This document shows, piece by piece, positions 54,405 through 64,000 of a stretch of DNA of 64,000 bases. Both the position numbers and the translations under genes were made by a program. How positions within the stretch are numbered: the stretch's first letter is position 1; each line of letters begins with the position of its first letter. Location of the stretch: contig OX597832.1 of assembly GCA_951406725.2 (NCBI GenBank), positions 67,022,001-67,086,000 on the forward strand, given 5' to 3'. A model generated the notes under the pieces. It worked only from the letters and a program-made list of their open reading frames with translations, was not told the DNA's origin and did no database searches. This DNA comes from Octopus vulgaris. Taxonomy: Eukaryota.

Positions 54405-55299
54405 GTTTCTGTTCATGTGTATGTATTTATATGCACATGTATATGTAAATACATTTCTGAAAGTACACACTGACACACACATATCCACACGCATACAACT
54501 GTATGTGTGTGCAAGTATGAAGATATGTTTTTTCTCTATGTGTGTATGCGATGTGTGTGTGTGCGTGTTTTGCCCTTGTTTGTGTATGTGTATGCTGGTG
54601 CGTTGATACTATTTGGATACTTCATAAAAAGTGATGAAGAAGTTTTGGTCATATTTTACATATATAAAGATTCAGGGATTGTGGGATGTCAGGAGAAAAT
54701 ACAGAGAGAAAACTTGGTCTGTCTATTGTAAAGTAAATGGCTTAGTCAAACAAAACGACTACATTTATAACCCTTTGGACACTAGACCCTGAAAGAAATG
54801 ATTTTTGCGAATTACACGTATATATATATATATATGTATGTATAAGTATATGTATATACGGCTATTGTCCGTTTATAACAATTATTTAGAGTATCACTTT
54901 CAAAAAAAAAATATATTATAAAAACCGAATATATCGTATCAGGTTTCACCGACTGAGATGTACACCTTAGGAACATGACCAGACATGACCAGATCTTCGG
55001 AGGATTTACATCAAGTAATCAACAGGTGTTTGGTGTATCTAGCCCATAATGACGAAGATAATTTCGATATCGGAGGAATTTCTACGCAATGAGATATACC
55101 ACAAATCATACCCCCCCCACACACACATTCCATTGGTTCTGCTAGTACTACCTTCAACCAACGTATAACATTAAGTTATTATGAAGTCTCAGAAATCTTT
55201 CATGATAAAATATCAAGCACATATTTATTGAACATAATACATATGATTTATTAGAAAAAATAAAAAAAAAACAAACCACGAAATATATAATGGTTTAAA

Positions 55300-55473
55300 A
55301 TTTTGGGACTAGGACGGCAATTTCGGGGATAGGGCTAAGTTACATTGGCCCTAGTGCTACACTGGCAAAATTGACCTTAGAAAAATTTGAATTTGAACTC
55401 TGAACAAAGAGACGGACAAACACCACTAAGTATTTTGTCCGGTGTACTAACGTTTCTGCCCGCTCACCACCTT
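55300..55473 (-). mobile_element. Decayed copy of the 32651 SINE
   Basis: atttgaactctgaac..taacgtttctgcccgctcaccacctt. Confidence 0.75.
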
Positions 55474-56194
55474 AATCATGTAATGTACATATATTGACAA
55501 TATTGTCAAAATCGATTATAAAAACATCCCTAAAATATGGCCTCATTCATACTAGTACGATGGAAATAATACTAACTTTGTCAACAATTGTTTTCCATCT
55601 TTATATTACAAAGAACCTGGTGTTTAGTTTCGCAGTTTTGTATTATGACCTTTAATTCTGCAATTTCCGAAATCTCTTTATAAAAGGTGGACATTTTCTC
55701 GCTGAGTTTTTTTCGTCCATTGTGATCTCCGAAATTAAATAGAATTCCCACGTTAGAAAATCTGTTTGTTTTACGATAACGTAATATAGAGGAAATAGAA
55801 TCAGTAATAAGTAAATCTTTTGATGTGCGTTTGCGGGAGAATATTCAACAGAAATATGACACAAACCGCTTCCATACAAAGATTTCGTGTAAATTCTCCT
55901 AGTTCTTTAAAAATCTAGTTTAGTTTACGGTGTTGTAGAAAACGGATTGGCTTTAAAACAGTGTGATCATTCTATATATGGCAACACCTGCCATGACAGT
56001 GAGGGCAAAATTCACCGGCATACGGTGGTGGTTTTTCCATTGGATGAAAATGGATGGCATTGAGACAGGAGATTCGTACAGATGAGAATCTACCTCTCTA
56101 TCTCAGAAAATATTGCCATTCAGATACACAAGTCCAGATGCATGGTCAACCTCTACCAACTTCGAAAAAGAGAGGATTACATTCTAGCTTTTTA

Positions 56195-56625
56195 TTTTCT
56201 ACTCATTTCAGTCACTGGACTGCGGCCTTCACGTGGCATCTCCTTGACGTTTTCAGTTGATCAAATCGATGCCAGTATATATTTATTTATTTTTTTTAAG
56301 CCTAGTCCTTCTATCGTTCTCTTTTTCCGAAATCGCTAAGTTATGACGTTGTAATCACATCAACACCGGTTGTCAATCAAGCAGTTTAGCTCTACAGACG
56401 AATACAAATATATGATTGACCGCTAGCTACTAAAGCTTTATTTTTTATTCTCTCTCTGTTTATGTGTGTGTATAACTGTCTTCCACAGTTTCTGTCCACC
56501 AAATCCACTCACAAGACTTTTAGTCAGCCCTGCACTATATTAGAAGGAATATAGCCAAGGTGGGATTGAAATCGAAACCAGATATTTGGAAGGCGAGCTT
56601 CTTCATCTGCCAATCCCTGCCCCTG
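56195..56625 (-). mobile_element. Old copy of the 18576 SINE
   Basis: tttcagtca.tggactgcggcc and ccaaatccactcacaagacttt blocks. Confidence 0.8.
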
Positions 56626-56979
56626 GTTATAATAAAGTTGTAAAGATTTTGTTGGAAAATATGAAATATAAAATATATGAAATGTTTGTGTGCGTGTGTG
56701 TGTGTGGGGGGGGGGGCTGTGGATGTTACTCCACGGCCTGCAAAGCAATATAAGGTGTAGAAAATGGATGAAAAGCGAACGAAAAGCATGTAAGCATATT
56801 CGACATGGACAATTCTTGCTGCATTCACCGCAGACGAAGACTGAAAAGTCGAAGAGAGACAGAATATGTCGCAATTCATCCTAAATAGAAGATTCAATGA
56901 GATTCTATCGAAATGCAACTCAGTTGGCATCGTAAAATATCTTAAGTTTGGATTAATAGTGGATTACTTTGGTTACAGA

Positions 56980-57184
56980 GTTTGACACAAGGCCAGCAAT
57001 TTCTGGGGAGGCGGCAAATCGATGATATAGACCCCAGTACTTGACTGGTACGTATTTTATCGGCCTCGAAAGGATGGAAGACAAAGTCAGCCTCGGTGGC
57101 ATTCGAACCAAGAACGTAAACAATCATGAATTGCCGCTATGCATTTTCCCTGCGTACAAAAGGTTCTGCCAATTTGCTGCCTTA
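56980..57184 (-). mobile_element. Copy of the 32651 SINE
   Basis: cacaaggccagcaattt..ccccagtacttgactggtac..ctgccaatttgctgcctt. Confidence 0.8.
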
Positions 57185-58084
57185 ATACGTGGATGTATAA
57201 ATTAGCAGAAAATATGAAAACGAAAATTCAGGTTAGGAAGATCTCTTTGTAATTCCCCAGTTTCGGATACAGCACCTTGTCAAAGAGCTTTCCACACTCC
57301 GGCCAATGATTTGTGAGTGACTTTGATTGACAGAAACGGTGTGGAAGCCTTTCGTACATATGTGTCTTTATCTGCGGTTATGTATCTGTAACACTGTATT
57401 TTTGTCTGACCCCCGTTACTGCTTTTCAGCCAGTTCTATTTTTTTTTTATATCGAAGTAAACATGTGTTCGGTAAAAGAAATCGTGAGAATAATTACCAG
57501 ATGAACATGAGCAGTTGCGGTGATGTTTCGGCTGCACCCTGCAAGGAGACCACCTGTATGTCCACAGTCAAATGACGGAATCAAGAAAGGATAACAGATG
57601 AAAGAGATATTGCAACTAATATTGGTTAATACAATACGTTTTACAAATATTCTATAAAACGCAGAGAATAATTTTAACGAGCTCCTAAATAACTCAGGCA
57701 GTAAATACAACACCTATTCCACGGCCACTCACTTTTTGCACATTTTACTGTTGAATAGACTTGCATGGTCCTACGTAATGCTTAGCTAGATAATTAACAA
57801 CAACAACAGAAGTGGCAGCAACAACAACAACAATAAGAAGAAGAATGAGAATGGGTAAGATGCCTAGATGGCAAACTGCAAGCGGATGCAGTTAAATGTA
57901 TGTCTGTGTTTGCGTATGTATATGCGCGTTTGTGTGTAAGTGCTTGATTAAAGAAATATGTAAGTTTATACATTTACATGCACACATGTGCAGCTCTAAT
58001 ATTTATATATATATATATATGTGTATGTGTGTGTGCGCACGCGCGCACGTGTTTGTGTATATGATGGGTGTGTGTATGTAAGTA

Positions 58085-58144
<60 letters not shown>

Positions 58145-60750
58145 AATATATATTCATATAATGGAATGTATACATGAAATGATATGCATGTTTATATAAA
58201 TACCTGTATATATTTATGATTCCATGTACGTACGTCAATAGATATATATATGACTGTGTTTGTGTGTGCTTATGTGACTGTATATGTGTGCATGTATATG
58301 TATATATGTGTATACACATACGCACATATATGTATGTATGGATGGATGTGTAGATGGATGGATGTGCTGAGACATGTATGTATACGTAGCTCGTTTGCCA
58401 AATTGGGAAAATAATGTGAATTGATACCTTTCCAATTAGAAAGTAGAATCATCAAAAGAGACTTCCCATCCTTCCGTCTTCCATCTTTCTATCCTTCACC
58501 CTCTGTAAGCAGCCCTTCTCCGTTCGTTTGATTCCTTGCTTGCTTGGACACTGCTATAACATTTAAACTGAACGTTACAACGTATCACGCGTTTTATTCC
58601 GTGTTTGAAGCCGTAGTATAGTTTATTGTTCTCGTATACAGGAGTTACATCGTAGACCTTAACCAATTTCACAATGAAGTTAATCGCTATTCAAATAGCA
58701 AGCCATGCAGAAAGCACAAATTTTGGCAAGGCTATGCAATTTACGCATTTCAAAGAGAGTGACGGTACCGAAGGTAAGGGAAGTATTTGGAATATAATAA
58801 AGGCGAAGATGCCATACAAGCAGAGGGAGAGAAAAGGCGAATGCTGCACATATGTGTGTGTCTATATGTGTGTATATTGTGTTTGTCGTTTTTGTATGTG
58901 TGTTTTTGTATGTGTGTAAATGTATTCTGTATGTATGTGGTAAAGTTATCAAGAAGAACGACGCAAATATTCTAATATTATATTAGGATTTCATTGATTA
59001 AAATATAAGCGTATAAGTGACTTCATTATTTTCTTCCTGTTGGCTTAATTAATTTCGTTAAAAATCCTATAGTCTAACATTTCTTCGCAAAACAAATAGA
59101 TTTACTCTCCATATCGAATCTAGTTTATAAGCCCAGTGTTAAATTTGTTTTGTTGAAAAGTCGCTGCAACCAGGTTAAATGCATAGACGCTGCTGCATTC
59201 GCTTTTGTTATGTTTTACAATAATTCTTGATAATATTATTATTAACAAATTTATTGACATTTATAGTAAGTTACAATGTACAACGAAAGGCCGGTGGTGA
59301 CCGATGTTTGATATGATTACCATCAGATGAGTAAAACGTTATGTGTATATTTAAAATCGCTAAAACCCTCTACCACGGTTCTTTTGTTTAGTTTGATTTA
59401 CGCTATAACAGAGCAACATGGCTGCATAACAAGTATCAGTTGTGCATGAGTGCTTCGTTAGTTATATGTCCGTGCTACTATTTACTTGAAGGATCGATCC
59501 CATTGCGGGACATCATTGGGAAGAATGATGCGAATGACATTTTTGTGCAGAAGCCGTTTCGAAACGTATAAGATCGATGAATTTCTTGTGTAGTTGATAC
59601 ATCATCTCATTCCATAGCACCATCTTGGGAGCCGCAACTGAGTTCAAATTATTTTCAGATATTTACGTATGAAGTCCGATATAAGCAAAACCAGCTCTAG
59701 TAGACTTGCCAATATGAGAGTCCCTGAAAATTCCCATAGGTGCTGTCATTTAAATTCTAAGCTTTTGAACATAATCATGTTGTATTATATTTCAGGACAA
59801 CTAAGATTTATGCATGTATATTTCCACAATTACTAGTAATGCTAGTAATTCTCACTCGCTAATTGCTACACAGAGGTGTAGGTAGTCATGCGTAGATAAA
59901 GTGGCCGACAACTCTTATAAACTCTTCCCGTCCTTTTGACATACATATTATGTATGCCAAATGCAGGGATGGTGACCTGACCAGCAATCGGATCGCAAGC
60001 ATGTTCAGCAGAATAGTCTGGAACATCTGGAACTGAGTGTCTTTTTCAAGTAAACAACACGCCAGCCGGGCGTCCAGGGCTTTAATCGAGCGTCACCAAT
60101 CGACAGGGTACATGCCGACTTTTTGCGTGGGAAATCTGGCTCTATAAAATTTACCTTAGTTAGGCTGGATCATAATTATAGGTTAATAAATGGGTTGGCA
60201 GCAGGACAGTGATGCTTTTGCATAAAATATGAAAATACTGCAGAAAATAAATGTTACTTACACAGCTATGTGCAGAAGATGCCATTACGTGTCATTTTGG
60301 AAGGTCATAGACGCCGATTAATATATGTATAGCTATTTATGATTTATCTGCACATTGTGCACTCGAGTGATCTTAATAAATGTTAGAAAAATAATTGTAA
60401 CATTAATAATGAAATAGACATTAAATGGAGAGTTAGTAATAAATTGTGCTGCAGCAAAATTTTTTAAAAAGTTATTGGAATGATGTAATCCATTAGACTG
60501 ATATCAGTACTTACCAAGTACTGTTACTTCATCATGCATTAGTAAAGTAAAGCCGGCTGCAGTGGCATTGGGGCAATAACAAGATTTCAATAGTTGCTGA
60601 TAATGTCATCAATTAAACGCAGTTGTATTGAAGATTCGTGTGATCATCCAACAAAATGCCTTGTGGTATTTGTATACGTCCCTTGACGTAATGATTTCAA
60701 ACTTGCCTTTCGTCATTCTGGAGTCGATACACATACAACAAGGAATTTAT

Positions 60751-60857
<107 letters not shown>

Positions 60858-62760
60858 CATATACACGCACATACTTACAACGTATGTGTGTAACTTGTTC
60901 CTACAATATATTAGTTCGATGAGATCGTTGTTATTTCTAGAGTATCGTTTAAAACTATTGTGTAATTTGAACTGATCCCTGTGAACTAACGAAGCAAATA
61001 TCAGTCTTAGCAAACGTATAATTCGAAGATTCAGGCTAATAAATCTATGTGTATTGCGCCATATTCACTAAGCCACCACTGCGTCATTTGAGCCAAGGAA
61101 ATCTTTAAAGATATAGCTTCGTGCAACTTTGTGCGCTGTGTCTCATATAGATCGGAATGTATGCAATTTCCAATTCAATTTTGAACTCTTAAATTACTTC
61201 TTTCTTACACTGAAAGGTGAATAAATATTCAACAGACTGTAGAGTGATTGCTTAATGAAGCAAATATGCGGTTCACGATGACTCTCCATACATTTTGATT
61301 ATGGTGACAACAGAATTTAAATAAGTACAAAACGCAGTCATTGCAGATATTTGGACTCGCATGCAATTATTGTTTGTTACACTGTCTGAGCGCTGCGATG
61401 TATCTATAGCCTGACGTAACCATTTCATTCCAAAGTTGCTCACATTATTTTGGTGTGAAATGGGATCGACATATAAACAATTAATCTTCTACCTAATCGA
61501 AAGAAATCGATAGTGAATTTCATTTTTTGTTTAATATTCAATAATATTAATTATATTTCTTATACGGGCGTGAAATATAGATAATCGATGAAGAAGACGT
61601 TTATTATGTTCCGAAACGTATTTGTGTCGAATAGGTTGAAATTAATTGGTTCCAGGGAAATGTCTAATCGGTATATATGAGTTACAATAGAAAAGTGAAA
61701 TGCAGATTGACCAGTTTCCATGGCGTGTTTCAAAGTAACAGCAATAATTGGCGCCAGTACAGAGATCCGATTGTCTGCTACCTTATGACCAATCAATGAA
61801 ACATTTCATTAAAACGAATCAAAAGGAAAAACGCCGGTCTATGCAATCTATACGATGTTAGTCATATTCACACAAAAGGGCAGTTTAATATGGTGTCCAT
61901 GGATGTGAATTGTTGATATTCTACAGAAATATAAGGAAAATGATAATGTACGTATGTGGTCGGCCTACATACTAGAAATGGTGTGGAATTGGTGGCAGTG
62001 TAAGACCAATTTGTGATATTCCGGTTATTTGCGTCTTGAGTTCAAATGTCACTCACCATGGTATACTTTGAAGATAAACTTCACCAGTCAACTGTTTCGC
62101 ATCAGCACGTGCCGACTTTGGTGCCTTTATCGGGAGTTTACATGTTTCTGGTTTAAGTATACCTTCTGAAAGACGCTTAGTGACACGATAACGGTTCAAA
62201 AGCAACGCTACGCACTTCACGCAAAGCTAAAAATAGTGCGCTTGTTGTGAAGAAGAATTTTCATCGCTGTCGTCATGGCTGCACTAAAAAATGTTCATCA
62301 TGTCCCACTAACTCAGTATTGGATTGGATGGGTAGCAATGTAAACGGACAGCAGAAAAATGACTCAATGTGTTTGTGGGATTGGTCGAATACTTAACATA
62401 TAACCATATTGATATTGTTGCACCCAAAAAATTAGACATGTACACAAAAAGTATCTAATCAGGAACAAACCCTCATACAGATTTACGAAACAAAATTATT
62501 AATCTAGTGCACAGCGAGCAGCTAATGTGAAACACTGGATACATTAGATCAGAGAGTTTTCGATTGATAAATGCATGGTCGATATTGTATAATCTGTATT
62601 ACAAAACAAGTGAATATATGCATAAATATACTTCAAATAAACACACACACACGACACACACATACAGATGAAGAAACACAGTTACACACTTACGCATGCA
62701 CACAAACACACACACGCACGGACACACAAACCCACAGACACGCACTTACAGACGCACACA

Positions 62761-62791
<31 letters not shown>

Positions 62792-63284
62792 TCACACACA
62801 TTCAGATATATACAAAGCTAAAGTAAATGCTTTTTAACATCAGCGCAAGGTCAGCAATTTGGTGTATGCGCATAATCGATTAAATTGATCTTGTTTTTTG
62901 GCTGATACCCCGGAGGGAAGGAAGCCAAAGCTGACTTCAGCAGGATTTCAACCCACCACTCAAGGAAACAGAACAATATTCTAGACACATGGACATTTAT
63001 TAGAAAGAGTTTTACTTAATATCATCGACATTCACCTTGAAGGAAGCTTTAAATTTGTGTCAAAAAAATAAATAAAAGCAATGTTGCCTTCACCAGTATT
63101 TCATGTACCGATATTTGTTAAATAAGAACTCTTTTTAATATAGTCACAGGGCCAGCAATTTTGAGCGGAAAGTGTTAGAAGATGTCGCTTGACTGCAGTA
63201 CTTGTTTGGTACTTATCGATACAAGTTAAAACATCAAGCCTTCTACATATAATAAGAATGCACTGCTCGTTCACATAATAGAAG

Positions 63285-63303
63285 TAATAACAACAACAAC
63301 AAC

Positions 63304-63381
<78 letters not shown>

Positions 63382-63382
63382 C
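63285..63382. repeat. (AAC)n-(AAT)n microsatellite
   Basis: Direct reading. Confidence 0.97.
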
Positions 63383-64000
63383 AGCTAAACAGCTTCTGGG
63401 TCACTCTACCTAAAAAGTGACACAGACAGACTTATGAACCAAGGAAATGAGGGGGAAGAAGACTTATTGAGAGCGAACACAGCATTTGAGCAGAGGAAAA
63501 CAACATAGCATGGTATGAAAAAAATTCCACAAAACAGCTATTATTAGAAGTAGAAGGTCGGGTTGTGTAGGATGAAAGATTGCAAGGATAAAGCACTATA
63601 CAAGAAATTGAAAATGAATGAAACTGAAAATAGGTGGGTAAAGAAAAGAAGGCATGGTCAATTTGATAGGGATATTGAAGATAAGACAGACAGAGAAAAC
63701 AAGATGGCTGTGGATGACTAAAAGTGATTTAAAACCGGAAAAAGAGGCTCTAATATGTGCTGCCCAAGAGCAAGCACTAAGAACAAACTACATAAAATAC
63801 AGAATGCACAACACAGCAGAAAGTGATAAGTGCAGAATCTGTGGACAAAACGGTGAAACTGTATGGCATACTACCAACCAATGTACGCCACTAGCCCAGA
63901 AGAAATATAAAGAACGCCACGACAATATAGCCTGGCTTTTCCATTGGACACTTTACAACAAGTATGGACTTGATAGAGCAAAATATTGGTACGACCACAA
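63383..64000 (+). mobile_element. 5'-truncated R4/Dong LINE (zinc-knuckle region), continues beyond the window
   Basis: Translation HGQF..WLWMTKSDLKPEKEALICAAQEQALRTNY..DKCRICGQNGETVWHTTNQCTPLAQKKYKERHDNIA..HW; begins right after (AAT)n. Confidence 0.92.

Overview
AT-rich eukaryotic intergenic or intronic DNA, very rich in microsatellites. The repeat families (tRNA-head SINEs, (TA)n/(TAA)n tracts, R4/Dong LINE and mariner debris) look like an octopus-type cephalopod genome; this is inferred and the species is not determined. I see no intact protein-coding gene, and most long ORFs in the track are microsatellite translations. Recognisable content: a full-length decayed DD37D (maT) Tc1/mariner element, decayed mariner copies, many R4/Dong LINE fragments beside (TAA)n tracts, and three SINE families. 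The main unexplained signal is a set of short elements in (TA)n tracts. Many are fold-back inverted repeats with a one-sided tail, and many carry minimal hammerhead-ribozyme motifs with palindromic stem III, typical of Penelope-like element LTRs. One motif is fully canonical (44669-44751) and several are core variants. One candidate (15654-15715) has its three hammerhead strands in a non-circularly permuted order. All pairings were read by eye; no folding or database search was run.
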